Origin: Macrostomum lignano
Lineage: Eukaryota
Direction: 5' to 3'
Assembly (NCBI GenBank): GCA_002269645.1
Contig: NIVC01002005.1
Coordinates: 124,001-188,000 of the forward strand
DNA: 64,000 nucleotides
Each line of letters opens with the position of its first letter. The stretch's first letter is position 1. Positions 1-13,837 of this stretch are shown here, in pieces. Both the position numbers and the translations under genes were made by a program. The notes beneath the pieces are model-generated. The model was given only the letters and a program-made list of their open reading frames with translations, was not told the origin of the DNA and searched no databases.

Positions 1-36
1 CTTACATTCAAGCCTAACATGCTCCCACACCTGCAG

Positions 37-1027
37 CAGCTGGCATGCGCTTCAGCATCGTGCAGACCCTCAAAAGTGGCGACATGGCTGCCTATGCAGC
101 CAGGACCGGCGCGCTTTCCGGCGGAGCCGCCGCCTCTCTGACCGCCAGTCTGATTGTCATCTTCATGCTACTCATAGTAGGAGCTGCAGTTTTTGCCATC
201 GTTTTCATTGGGTAAGCTTATAAACAGTTCTTAGGAACTTTTTTACAGGGCTTAGTTGGGCTAAAGCTTTATTTAATGGTCAAACCTCAAGTCACGGAAA
301 GTGAGAACATTCTTGACGATTAGAGTGTCACCAGTAGGCCGCTGTACCCTGTGTGAGCGTGTGTGTGTGCGTGAACTATTTGTACTCATGTGTGCTCAGG
401 AGCCAGTTTGTCTTGTGGCTGTCTAATATATAGTTGTCTAATTTTTGTCTAAATGTCTGTCTAATGTTTGTCTATTGATGGTCTAATAAATGGACTCCAA
501 TGGTAATACCCCATTCAATGCCATGTATTCTACAGTCAAAGAAGTTCAAATAATTTCTTTGAGCTCCATCACTTAACGAAGAGAGCCTGAGTTCGCCTTG
601 GCACACTCTGAAACCTTTCGACTTGAACTGCAGGCGCAGGCGAGGCTGGGCCATTCACTGCGACATTCACCCTCGCCGCCTGTGGCAGCAGTGGCTTCTA
701 TGGCGACATCAGACTCTCGAAGAGACTACGGGAGTTGAGTTCTCGACGGCTTCTGGAACAGTTGGATTCACTTCTGGTTGGTGAACCTTGATGTTAATCA
801 TCATTGTCATCATCATTGTCATCATGCATGTAGTTGCCATAATCAAATTATCCTCAAACAATTTCACAGGCAGTGACAGCATCTGGACCAGTAGCAGCAG
901 CAGCAGTCAGAATCAGGCAGTTTCTGTTGCCATGGCCTTCACCAACCCGATCTATGATGTGTCCCAGCCGGACACAGCGGACGTTGAAGCCAAGGATGAG
1001 TCAACGGTTGCCGATCACGAGCTGTAA
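37..1027 (+). CDS. 3' end of a single-pass (type I) membrane protein with a cytoplasmic NPxY motif; 5' part lies outside the window
   Basis: Exons 37-211, 634-776 and 870-1027 join in phase at GT-AG junctions (the 777 donor GTTGGT is weak). Translation: ...TGALSGGAAASLTASLIVIFMLLIVGAAVFAIVFIG (hydrophobic TM) RRRGW (stop-transfer)...AMAFTNPIYDVSQ...DHEL*. Confidence 0.7.
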
Positions 1028-2181
1028 CGATTTCTTCTTAAATTGAAATTCAGAGAGACACTATCTGGATTTCTGTTACAAAATACATAATATGCATGGT
1101 ACATAATACCGCTTAGTTAATTGTATCTAGGCGGGCAAGGTACAGTAAACGAATGCATTGATTTTATGCTTCGTGAATATAATTAATTACGAGCGTTATC
1201 GCCTCATCATCATCAGGGAGGGAAGCTTTCTCAACATAATTGCCCCCCCGATTGCACGCACTTCTCCCAGCGACGAAACAAGCAATCAATCGCATCTGCA
1301 TAGATCTGTCGCGGAATCACGTAAATTGTTCCGTATTTGTCGACTTTTAGCAGTTGATAGCTAACAATCACAAAATAAATTAAATAATCGTACATTAAAT
1401 ACCTGTATATCATGTAATAAATTACCACATGCAAATTCTTCCATCATGCAGCAAATTTACACATTGCTTTCTTGCACCTTTTGCAAAAGCAGTTAATGTA
1501 TGGAGCCCATGTACCACATTCAATTCTAATGCTTGTAGCATGCTTATGCGAACTGATCAAATCCATCAAATATGTGCTTGAGGAAATTGAGATACGTGGA
1601 ATGGGATTGGGGGCAGCAGTGGATAAAAAGAGGCTTTAAATTCCTCTTTAATTGGGCCCGAGGGGGTGTGGGATCAAAGAAAATACGATTATATATTTCA
1701 TAAATGAAGAAGCTATGCACACATGCACATTTAATGTATGCACATGTACCATATGTACCGTTGTCCATAGCTAGTACAGTGGCATAAAACTTTTCAAATA
1801 AATAAAAAACTGAACTGCAAAAGGAATACAGATAACTTTTAAGATTAAGACTTGCCTTTTATCTTCGACTCAGATTTCCATTTCCCATTTAAGTTAATTC
1901 ATCATAGTCTAAATATTTTGGCGTAAATTAAACGTCTTATTTGTAATACCAACGTCTTCGCCATAAGTCTGGAGCGATCGACACACGAAACGTTCAAATA
2001 TTGATCAGAGGGTTTGTTTGAACTCATATTGCTTCTTAGAAATTCAACAGCTGATTCAATTTTTTTCAGTGGGATTGAAACATGCGCAATTTTTACATTT
2101 TGTTAACTTCACGATATATTGGCTGCTGTATTGTCATATTTAAATAGGAATCAGCCATTTTTAAGTTTTGCGAGGAATAAA

Positions 2182-4730
2182 ATGGTTGCGGCGTTTCCTG
2201 TTGCTAAATTAGCTTACCTGGGGATTAGGCAACTCAGCAAACCACTAGCAAATTTTATAAGAGATCGAGCACGAGCAAGTCCTTTTTTTAAAAAATATGT
2301 GTGTATGCCACCAGCACAGTGTAAGTATTTTTGTAGTCTGAGTGCAACAAAGCAAGGTTTTTTTTACAGAATATAGTTTTGTACTTATTTAATATTTGCC
2401 TAGGCCTATTTAATTTTAGAACAGGAACTGAGTACCAAAAATTTGTGGCATTAGGGCCTAAAATTAACAATAGGCCTATTATTAGGCAGTCTGCAATAGT
2501 GACAATACTATATTTGTTTCCATCTCTATATAGGCCTAGCATTTTTTTCTATCTAGCTTTAATTAGGCCCTATTATATGGGCTCCCTTTGCTAATTTCTA
2601 TCTATAGCTTTGCCTTGGCTAGGCCTATCAACTTCTCATTCTCAATGATGATTCTATTCTAGCTATAAGCTATGGACCATAGTTTGGATCATGTAGGCTA
2701 TTAGTGTATGTTAGGTTTTATGCTAAAAATTATAAGACCTTGTTTGTATGCTAGGTTTATATGCCAGTGCCAATACAAAAACAATTGTTATCCCTATTGG
2801 AGTAAAAGTTGAAAACCTGTGGATGTGCGCTTTAGAGTAGAGTCAAATTATTTTACCGCGCTTTAGCATTATTAAAGATGTTCCATTGCAATTGATGAAA
2901 TCTCCCATTTCAATCTATTGAAATCAAAATTTGATAACTTTCCAAAATTGAAATTGAACTTGAAATTTTCCGAAATCAAAATTCAGAAAAACAAAGTTTA
3001 ATATGACTAACACTTACTTTTTTACATTTTGCTTTACTGCTTATGCAAAACAAAATACATGCATATGTAGCAGAAATTACTTGCTGTTTATTTTTAGCCA
3101 CTTAGACACTTTCAAAATTTTGACTTCGATTTTTTTCGAAATCGAAATTTGCTCTTAAAAATTTTGAATTTTGGAAAATTGAAATTGAAATTTTGGAACA
3201 TCGCTAGGTATTATAAATGACAAGTGTATAGGCTCCTTCTACAGAGGTATTAGGCCCCCTTCCATGTATATTTATTTGCTTGAGTAGCAGCCAGCGAGGA
3301 AGGGCATCACGTGCGCCTGTGCACGCACTGCACTTTTGAAAAATTTCAAAAGTGCGCCAAACACCGTCCACAGTTTTACAACTTTTTCCTATAGGGATTG
3401 TTATTGATGCAATATATCTACCATGCTTAGGATTCAGGAAGGTGGCAGAGGCATGCTGGAATCAATGATAAGCAAAGCTACCAATTCATGCCATATATGC
3501 CAACACTTTTAGTAAACTGTTTTCATACATGCCAAGTACACCAAAATTTTAATGACCCTTTTTACCATGTATGTCAAATATACTAGGCCCAATGTTTTCA
3601 GCCCTACTTTGCTGACTACCCTCATACCCAAGTAGTGTCCTGAAATTTTGCATCACACTATTTACATTATAGAAAACCTTGCTTGAAGACAATATCCCAA
3701 TAATAGTATACTAGGAAAAAGCAAATAAGTTTACAATTGTCTCCCATAAGGCTTTAGCTCACTCTGACACCTATCTACAACTTTGCTAGTGTACTTTGTG
3801 GTGTGGCCTCTAAAGTTGACAAAAAAGGATCCTAATGCTGGTGGATGCCATGGCCATGGTCATGATTGCCTATGTAATAGAGCTTGGCAGCTCTCAGCAG
3901 CCTTTCATAGCATGGGGTTCTAACTCGCAGCAGCATCCAGGAAAGCTTCAACTGCAGTTGGAGTGTCTGGTTGCTCTGGCTACCAGCCTTCTATTGTAAC
4001 CACATTGTGGCATAGAAGGACTCCATGATGGCCTCTGAAAAAAGCATTGCCCTACTTATTACTTCTATTGCATAACTAATTAGGAACACACTCTTCTAGT
4101 GCTACTCTTAACAAGACTGGTTAACACAATTAAGTAATTTGCTTTGCATGTAATATACATATTTATGTAAGTAAACATTTCTGTAGTTAAGCCTATATAT
4201 TTATGTAGGTGTCTATAATGTATAAAGGAAGCAGCATGCCATTATGGCTGCACAAGCAATGCTAAATTAGATCATCACCCAGCAACCCCCCATGACATTA
4301 CTGCTTACCAGTACCACCTTGGTGTAGGGCAAAGTCAAGCTTTGAAAGCTTTGAACTGAAGTTTCATAAAACACCATCTTAGAATCCACACATTTCTCAC
4401 ACCCAACATGCAGTGCATCACTGGTACGAGACTCGACTGAAAATGAGGGAACTCGGTCTCAAGTCGAAATCTGTTGCCAAGCTAAGTGACATAGACGCGG
4501 TTGATACTGGTGCTACAATTCTTGGCGAAACAATTATCTACATTGTCAGTGCCCTGACAATCTTTGCGGAGTACAGGCGACAGGCAAATAAGGAGCAAGC
4601 GAAAGAGGAACTGGCTTCTGATAAAATGACCGATCTCGAAAAATCGGTGCAAGATTTGAAACAGCTCGTCACTGAGCAGCGAGATCAGTGTGAGCAGTTG
4701 CAACTGTTGCTGAAAAGTGGTAAAAAATGA
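2182..4730 (+). CDS. OPA3: OPA3-like mitochondrial protein, 151 aa
   Basis: Exon 1 2182-2320 ([24 protein letters not shown]...CMPPAQ, donor GTAAGT) and exon 2 4414-4730 ([15 protein letters not shown]...[15 protein letters not shown]...EYRRQ..KE plus coiled-coil tail); 456 nt in total. Motifs and intron position match the OPA3 family. Confidence 0.92.
2873..3206. mobile_element. Possible MITE in the OPA3 intron
   Basis: Imperfect terminal inverted repeats TAAAGATGTTCCA (2873) and TGGAACATCGCTA (3194) around AT-rich GAAATT/GAAATC subrepeats. Confidence 0.35.
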
Positions 4731-4809
4731 TTAAAACTACTTTATGCATTAAAATTAATCAATTGAAAAGCTTAACCCTTCTGTTTTTCTGAGGTTTTTA
4801 GACTCTAAA

Positions 4810-5060
4810 ATATCCCCATGATCATCTGTGAGACGCAAAATCTCCCCATAATCAGCTGTCAGACTCAAAATATCCCCATGATCAACTGCCTGTCAGACTC
4901 AAAATATCCCCATGATCAGCTGTCAGACTCAAAATCTCCCCATAATCAGCTGTCAGACTCAAAATATCCCCATGATCAGCTGTCTGTCAGACTCAAAATA
5001 TCCCCATGATCAGCTGTCAGACTCAAAATATCCCCATGATCAACTGCCTGTCAGACTCCA
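4810..5060. repeat. ~30-bp minisatellite downstream of OPA3
   Basis: Unit GTCAGACTCAAAATATCCCCATGATCAGCT, about 8 copies. Confidence 0.9.
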
Positions 5061-6319
5061 AGTATTCCATAAAATTTAACTTCATAAAAATTGCTCATTA
5101 TGCCATGTATCTACACATAATTTTTGTGAGATTTTTTACTATTTGCTTGTCTGCTAAACTATTTTCTGGTTCTATTAAAGCTTAAAATGCGTTTTATGAT
5201 GTATAAGCACTCAATCTCTGTGCATACTTGATTACTTGTTATACTTGTTATAATATAATGAGATGTTTCAATAGAAATATAATTGTAACAAAACTGAAAA
5301 TAGTTGTTAGTTTAATACCTTTTAACTAAATTTTTTCAAATATTTACGTATAAAGCCTTTATTTCAGTGTTTTAGTGGATAAAGTCCATCTTCAGATGAA
5401 TTGGAATGTTACACTCGTAAGCCTATGCTTTTAGTTTAATTTTTTAAAAATGAGAACATCTGCGAGTAGATGAAAAATTTTCCGTTTTTCGCGATGCACT
5501 ACTAAAAGAGCTTGTAAGTAGTATGCAAAGCGCAGCACACGATACAACGCTTGTGCGCTCGCCGGTCAAGTTAAGTCGCCGCGACCACTTATAAAATCGT
5601 TTTTATTCAGCCAATCGCCAGTCTAACCCCTGGCCACCAACCCCAACCGCCACCACCCCAACAATCTCGCCACCGCACCCGCCACCCCCAAAAAATAAGA
5701 CTGGACCGCGCCGCGGGTGGTCTTGCGCAGACGCGCTAATTTGCACGCGTCTGTGTGTTTGTCTCTCTCTTTCATCTCTCTCCCCTCTGTCATCTGATTG
5801 GCTGGCTGAAATTCTCATTCAAGTTACAGTGGCAGTGGCTATAAGCTTTGCGTTAGGTGCGTTAAAGAAAGAGACAAAAAATCGGAGTTCAATTGGTTCT
5901 GTCCTATATTCTGGCACCTCTAGCTAGAGAATTAAATTGCTACTCTATAAGACGGAGTGGTCGGCTTGGCTGACTAACTAAATCCCAAAGCTATTTCTTA
6001 TCCCTCTCACTGTCTGCTCCGTAACTATATTGTTGTTTTCTTATTGTTAGACTAATTCGCACTAAATATAATCGAGAGTACGTAGGTAAGATTATATTGC
6101 AAGAATCGCATTGACCTGCTCAGCAAGTGTACACAGATTGGATCCGATTAATAATCTTCTGTTTTGAAGGTAAGCTGTGTTGAATCCAATGCTGTGTTTA
6201 GCTGTTGTCTATAAATAAATGTGTAGCAGCGCTGTATTCCTTTTTAAGGTCAAAACCGTGTATGCATGTACGAGCGTATAGTATAGGATGGGAAACGTGT
6301 AGCCTTTATCTCCCTTACC

Positions 6320-7230
6320 ACTTCCCAATCTCCCTCATCTCCCTCATCACTCCCAATCTCCCTCATCTCCCTCACAACCTCCCTCATCCCTTTCCGAATC
6401 TCCCTCATCACTCCTAATCTCCCTCAATCTCCCTCATCTCTTTCCGAATCTCCCTCACTTTCCCAATCTCTCTCATCACTCCTAATCTCCCTCATCTCCC
6501 TCACAATCTCCCTCATCCCTTTTCAAATCTCCCTCACTTTCCCTATCTCCCTCATCACTCCCAATCTCCCTCATCACTCCCAATCTCCCTCATCACTCCC
6601 AATCTCCCTCACTCTCCCAATCTCCCTCATCACTCCCAATCTCCCTCACTCTCCCAATCTCCCTCATCACTCCCAATCTCCCTCACTCTCCCAATCTCCC
6701 TCATCACTCCCAATCTCCCTCATCACTCTCCCAATCTCCCTCACTCTCCCAATCTCCCTCATCACTCCCAATCTCCATCACTCTCCCAATACCCCTCATC
6801 ACTCCCAATCTCCCTCATCACTCTCCGAATCTCCCTCACTTTCCCTATCTCCCTCATCACTCCCAATCTCCCTCATCACTCCCAATCTCCCTCATCACTC
6901 CCAATCTCCCTCATCACTCCCAATCTCCCTCATCACTCCCAATCTCCCTCACTCTCCCAATCTCCCTCATCACTCCCAATCTCCCTCACTCTCCCAATCT
7001 CCCTCACTTTCCATATCTCCCTCATCACTCCCAATCTCCCTCACTCTCCCAATCTCCCTCATCACTCCCAATCTCCCTCATCACTCTCCCAATCTCCCTC
7101 ACTCTCCCAATCTCCCTCATCACTCCCAATCTCCATCACTCTCCCAATACCCCTCATCACTCCCAATCTCCCTCATCACTCTCCGAATCTCCCTCATCAC
7201 TCTCCGAATCTCCCTCACTGTCCCATCCCT
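6320..7230. repeat. C-rich minisatellite (~17-19 bp)
   Basis: Unit AATCTCCCTCATCACTCCC with length variants. Confidence 0.95.
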
Positions 7231-7971
7231 ACCCCTCTAAAATCTACACCCATTAGCCAGTTCCCTATTAATCTTTCCACTACTCTCAGCCCAGCCGCCC
7301 CCCTCGAGCATGGACTGTTGTCAAACCTTAGCGATGCATGTACTATTGCAGAAACAACGCAACGCTCATATACTCACACAAGCCTTGTACAATTTGATAC
7401 AACAGTTTTAGATAATTCACAAATCCGTCTGGGAGGGCCCACGCGCAGATATTACAATATGCTAATTCGCTAGCGATTCTGTTAGTCTTTGACTTCCCGA
7501 CTGCTATTCGCATACTGCCGCTTACAACATCTATAAATATTTATAATGGATTGGGGATAGACAGATCAAAAATATTACAGCACTGCTCCTAATAGACGGC
7601 CGGTGGGGGGGGGGAATATTTTTTGGACTGCTCGGTGCTTGTAGTGCGACAGATTTATTAGGCCTAACCGCATAGCACAGCGCCATCCCATTACCAGTCT
7701 CAATTGGAGCATATAGGGGCCTATTATTAAGTACACTGCTGTCTAAGTGGTGTAGCCCGGCTACTATAAGACTCGCATAACTACGAGCTACTTGATATAG
7801 CTGAGAAAATCGGTCAGATATGTAGAAAAAGCAAACAGAGGGGAAACATCGCCTGCCTGCCTGTTTTACTTAGGCTGCAATTATCCTTAAAATTTTTATA
7901 GATTTTGTGTTCTCTATCAGATTATTATATCATTCTTGTGTTGCCAGCTGCGTGTAAACTTACTTCTAGCC

Positions 7972-8140
7972 CCCTGACACCAGGGTTTGGCTCCCTCTCT
8001 GACACCAGGGTTTGGCCCCATCTCTGACACCAGGGTTTAGCCCCCTCTCTGACACCAGGGTTTAGCCCCCTCTCTGACACCAGGGTTTGGCGCCCCTCTT
8101 TGACAGCAGGGTTTGGCGCCCCCCCCCCCTGACACCAGGA
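7972..8140. repeat. ~25-bp minisatellite with an internal palindrome-like core
   Basis: Core CTGACACCAGGGTTT(G/A)GC separated by CCCTCT-type spacers. Confidence 0.85.
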
Positions 8141-8704
8141 CAAATTTCTGGCATCAGTTTTAGTTACTTAAGCACGAACTTAAACTTGGTGCATAATAAA
8201 CTTTTTAGATTTTAGAGTGATCCGAGCAATGCTTTTTAATAGCCATTTGATTGTCTGATCTGTCAGCTTACTGTCTGTCCATTTCCTGGTGTTTATTATC
8301 AAATTTCTTGGTCATAAAAAAAACAAATATTTATTTTATATTCGTGAGCAAAATCGATGACGTTAACCGAAATAGACATTTTTTATTTTGCGTGAATAAT
8401 AATATAATATTATTTTGCTCGAGTTTATATTGGTTATATTGGTTCATGTAAATACTACACTTCTGCCAGTCTGGCTCTAAGGACTCACTCTTATCTGTAT
8501 ATTCGCTTTAGCCATCTATAGTCTTTATACATGTATACACAGTTTTGGGACTCAATCTCAACCCGGGCATTGCTGCGCTTTGAATTGCGAGGCGTCTTTA
8601 TCGGTTTTATTGCCTGTCAGTCAAAATCGTGTCCGTATATTGATAGGTATGGAATTTTCTGCTCCTGCTGCCGCATGCCTTTTATGTGCAACTCGCGGGC
8701 TAAG

Positions 8705-10195
8705 CTGGGGACTGGGGAGACGGGACTGAGCAGATGGGACTGGGCAGATGGGACTGGGCAGATGGGACTGGGCAGATGAGACTGGGGAGACGGGACTGGG
8801 CAGATGGGACTGGGGAGACGGGACTGGGCAAATGGGACTGGGCAGATGGGACTGGGCAGATGGGACTCGGCAGATGGGACTGGGCAGATGGGACTGGGCA
8901 GATGGGACTGGGCAGATGGGACTGGGCAGATGGGACTGGGGAGACGGGACTGGGGAGACGGGACTGGGGAGACGGGACTGGGGAGACGGGACTGGGCAGA
9001 TGGGACTGGGCAGATAGGACTGGGGAGACGGGACTGGGCAGATGGGACTGGGGAGACGGGACTGGGTAAATGAGACTGGGGAGACGGGACTGGGCAGATG
9101 GGACTGGGGAGACGGGACTGGGCAGATGGGACTGGGGAGACTGGACTGTGGAGAATGGGGACTAAGGAGAAGGGACTGATAAGACGGGAATAAGGAGAAG
9201 GGACTGATAAGACGGGACTAAGGAGAAGGGACTGATAAGACGGGACTAAGGAGAAGGGACTGATAAGCCGGGGACTAAGGAGAAGGGACTGATAAGACGG
9301 GACTAAGGAGAAGGGACTGATCAGACGGGGACTAAGGAGAAGGGACTGATAAGACGGAAACAAGGAGAAGGGACTGATAAGACTGAGACTAAGGAGAAGG
9401 GACTGATAAGACGGAAATAAGGAGAAGGGACTGATAAGACAGGAATAAGGAGAAGGGACTGATAAGACGGGAATAAGGAGAAGGGACTGATAAGCCGGGA
9501 ATAAGGAGAAGGGACTGATAAGCCGGGGACTAAGGAGAAGGGACTGATAAGCCGGGAATAAGGAGAAGGGACTGATAAGACGGGACTAAGGAGAAGGGAC
9601 TGATAAGACGGAAACAAGGAGAAGGGACTGATAAGACGAGACTAAGGAGAAGGGACTGATAAGACGGAAACAAGGAGAAGGGACTGATAAGACGGGACTA
9701 AGGAGAGGGGACTGATAAGCCGGGACTAAGGAGAAGGGACTGATAAGCTGGGACTAAGGAGAAGGGACTGATAAGCCGGGACTAAGGAGAAGGGACTGAT
9801 AAGCCGGGGACTAAGGAGAAGGGACTGATAAGACGGGAATAAGGAGAAGGGACTGATAAGACGGAAACAAGGAGAAGGGACTGATAAGCCGGGACTAAGG
9901 AGAGGGGACTGATAAGCCAGGACTAAGGAGAAGGGACTGATAAGCCGAGACTAAGGAGAAGGGACTGATAAGCCGGGACTAAGGAGAAGGGACTGATAAG
10001 CTGGGACTAAGGAGAAGGGACTGATAAGCCGGGACTAAGGAGAAGGGACTGATAAGCCGGGGACTAAGGAGAAGGGACTGATAAGACGGGAATAAGGAGA
10101 AGGGACTGATAAGCCGGGGACTAAGGAGAAGGGGCTGATAAGCCGGGAATAAGGAGAAGGGACTGATAAGACGGAAACAAGGAGAAGGGACTGAG
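8705..10195. repeat. G-rich minisatellite: 15-bp monomer array grading into a ~29-30-bp dimeric array
   Basis: (GGGACTGGGCAGATG/GGGACTGGGGAGACG)n to ~9140, then (GGGACTAAGGAGAAGGGACTGATAAG[A/C]C)n. Confidence 0.95.
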
Positions 10196-11234
10196 AATAC
10201 TAAGTGGATATAGTAGTAACTGATTTCAAATGGCATCCTTGGCTCTAAAAATTTCATAGATTTTAGAAAGGTTCTAAAAGACAAACCTATATTGAGCATA
10301 GATTGACCATCCGTGATTTCACCGATGGACAGCTGCAATAGTCGTGCACCCGATCTGGTTTGAAGAAAGCGTCTAAATTAAACAACAAGTTAGACTTGAA
10401 CTTGGAGTATAAGGGGCAGAATCGAGAAGACCCGGGACACAGGAGCAGCAACTCTGGAGATGAGACACTGATCAGGGAGAGGAGGGGTGAAATTTTCTGT
10501 CTGTCTGTCTGGTCTCTGCTTTTTCTTCTGCTTGAGAATCTGCGGCAAGCTGCATAGCATGTCCTTGAGTTTATACAGCAGACGGCTTTTTGAATTGACT
10601 TCTGTCAGCTCCTGCAGCTTGGGGTCTCTTAAAAGTCTCAACACCACCCGACCGACTCCAGCAGCTCCTGCATGGCAGGGGATTATCGTCTCAGACTGCC
10701 GGCTTTTCCTCTCCCCTCGCTCCTGAAAAAATCCCTATTGAAACAAGCTGCTCCTAGTAGAATTTTTGCAGAAGACAATTCTGACTTTTGCTAAGCCAGG
10801 AAACTTAAGAGAGAACAGCTTCTAGTTTCTGGGCTCTTGTCACACTGGGGGGGGGGGCTTAGCCTGTCTTCCTACAGTTTCTGATTACTTTTTTATCTGT
10901 CTTAATCCATTTTGAATTGCTTCTTTAGTCTTGAAAACTTTTCTGTCCTTTTGTACGAGTTGAAAATCTTTTTTAAAGGGCGTTGACAAGTAATGTTCGA
11001 AAATTGAATATGATGGATCTTAATTTGATGCCCGAAGTGTCAAAGTGTTAACTAGAAATGCTGTCTTTCATTTTAGTCTTTAGCGACCTTTTCATTCAGA
11101 TTAGGCTTTTGTTTCTTTTACTAGCATACATTGGGTTTCAATAGTTGTCAACTTAGAGAACGTTGGATTTAAATCTGATAAAAATTCATGCATCGAATCT
11201 GTCAAATTTTGGACAATCAATCAAATCACAATCA

Positions 11235-11860
<626 letters not shown>

Positions 11861-12145
11861 ATAGCTTATAGTCTTCGAATTCACTAAGCGTGTTTTCAGA
11901 GAAACTGAATCCCGTTTCCAAGTAAAATCCAGACTAATGTCAGCACTATAAGTGAAACACTGTGCCGTGTAAGTTGGCAGTAGCGGTGCTCTCACAGAAG
12001 CCCTCAAGTCTGTCCGCGACCCTCCACCGCAGCTGTTGCCATGCAGGCGTGAAAATCTTTTTTTAACCGAGAAAATTATTCAGAACTTCAGTTACTTTCT
12101 ACAGCGTTGCTTCACACTCACGCCATTGTCAACAGGCGCTGCCCG

Positions 12146-13750
12146 ATGACCGACTCCGATCGAGAGACACTTTTGCGAGCCCTGGACACCGGAGCCCAAG
12201 CCGGAGGCGATGTCGCACATCCCAATGCCAGCTCTGGCAACCAGATGTACTTCTACGCTACAGCAAGCAGTGGTCTCAATGCCAGCTTGTTCAACGCTAA
12301 CAGGTCGTCTGGTTTAGGGTCAACTGCGGCTGGAGCTTCTGCCACATCGCTGGTGTACAACGCAACCTCCTCGTTCAACGGTGCGGTTTGGGCTAACGCG
12401 TCAACAAGCCCACCACCGGCTCTAGAGGAGGAGTACCATTTCTGGGTTCTGGTGATGCTGCTGGTGCCAGCTTTGACCATATTTGGCAACATCCTGGTCG
12501 TGTTGGCAGTCTGTAGAGAGCGGAGTCTGCAGAGTGCCACAAATTATTTCATTGTATCATTGGCGTTTGCGGATATCCTGGTGGCATCCATTGTTATGCC
12601 CGTGTCCGTTATTGTTGAGGTGAGCGACTGGGTGCGACTGGGGTCCGATCTGAGCGCTGTCGGGCATTTGCTCGTAGCACTGACACTTGGGTTTTAGCCC
12701 TGACACTTTGGGTTTTAGTCCTGACAGTTTCCGGTGTTTAGCCCCGACACTTTGGGTTTTAGTCTTGACACTTTCCGGTGTTTAGCCCTGACACTTTGGG
12801 TTTTAGCTCTGACACTTAGGTTTTTAGCCCTGACACTTAGGTTTTAGCCCTGACACGTGGGTTTTAGTCCTGACACTTTCCGGTGTTTAGCCCTGACACT
12901 TGGGTTTTAGTCCTGACACTTTCCGGTGTTTAGCCCTGACACTTTGGGTTTTAGCCCTGACACTTAGGTTTTTAGCCCTGACACTTAGGTTTTAGCCCTG
13001 ACACTAGGGTTTTAGTCCTGACACTTTTCGGTGTTTAAGCCCTGACACTTGGGTTTTAGTCCTGACACTTTCCGGTGTTTAGCCCTGACACTTTGGGTTT
13101 TAGCCCTGACACTTAGGTTTTTAGCCCTGACACTTAGGTTTTAGCCCTGACACTTGGGTTTTAGTCCTGACACTTTTCGGTGTTTAAGCCCTGACACTTG
13201 GGCTTTAGTCCTGACACTTTTGGGTTTTCAGCCCTGACACTTTTGGGTTTTTAGCCCTGACTTTCTGGGTTTCTGGGTTGTGATGACAGTCCCAAAGATT
13301 TGTCAAGAAAAACAATAATATTATATAAGCGTTGAACTTCAAATTGACTGTCAAAATTCGCTCAGAACGCTTCACACAGCGACTCAATGGTGGCTGCACA
13401 CCACACAAAAGCTTCGTACAGATTGGTTGATTGCCAACTCGTGGTTTGAAATAGTATAGAAGTTTTTTGAAATTAATCGATACTCATTTCCTTGCCAAAA
13501 TACTCACAATTATAAAAAGCAGTATTGCGCTCTTTAAAATTAGTGAATTATAAGCTTCAATGACAGGCAGGAACAATTCTGCTGGTTTAAATATTCTTGT
13601 CTGTGATCTGCCCTGCCAGTCAGTATTGAAATATTGATTTATTGCACTTTTTGGCAGCCATTTCCACTGATAAACCCGTATCTATAATACACTTCCTGCG
13701 AGTGCCTTTAGCTCTCTCCTCAACCTCTCCTTCTCACCCCTTGTCCCTCT

Positions 13751-13789
<39 letters not shown>

Positions 13790-13790
13790 C

Positions 13791-13837
<47 letters not shown>

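Noticed and set aside
1544-2030. Possible head-to-head gene on the minus strand upstream of OPA3
   Set aside because: Short open frames could not be joined into a phase-consistent model and no motif was recognised.
3330-3355. Perfect 11-bp hairpin GCACTTTTGAA-AAAT-TTCAAAAGTGC
   Set aside because: Considered as a Helitron 3' hairpin or terminator, but no CTRR end follows and it is AT-rich; no function supportable.
5350-5400. Hammerhead-like CUGAAGA-UGGA..UCCA on the minus strand
   Set aside because: The required GAAA is replaced by CUAAAA and there is no stem III or cleavage triplet; at best a dead relic.
7285-7300. 16-nt match to the plain complement of 42016-42031 as proof of mirror DNA
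   Set aside because: About one 16-mer match is expected by chance in a 64-kb self-comparison, so it was not used as evidence.
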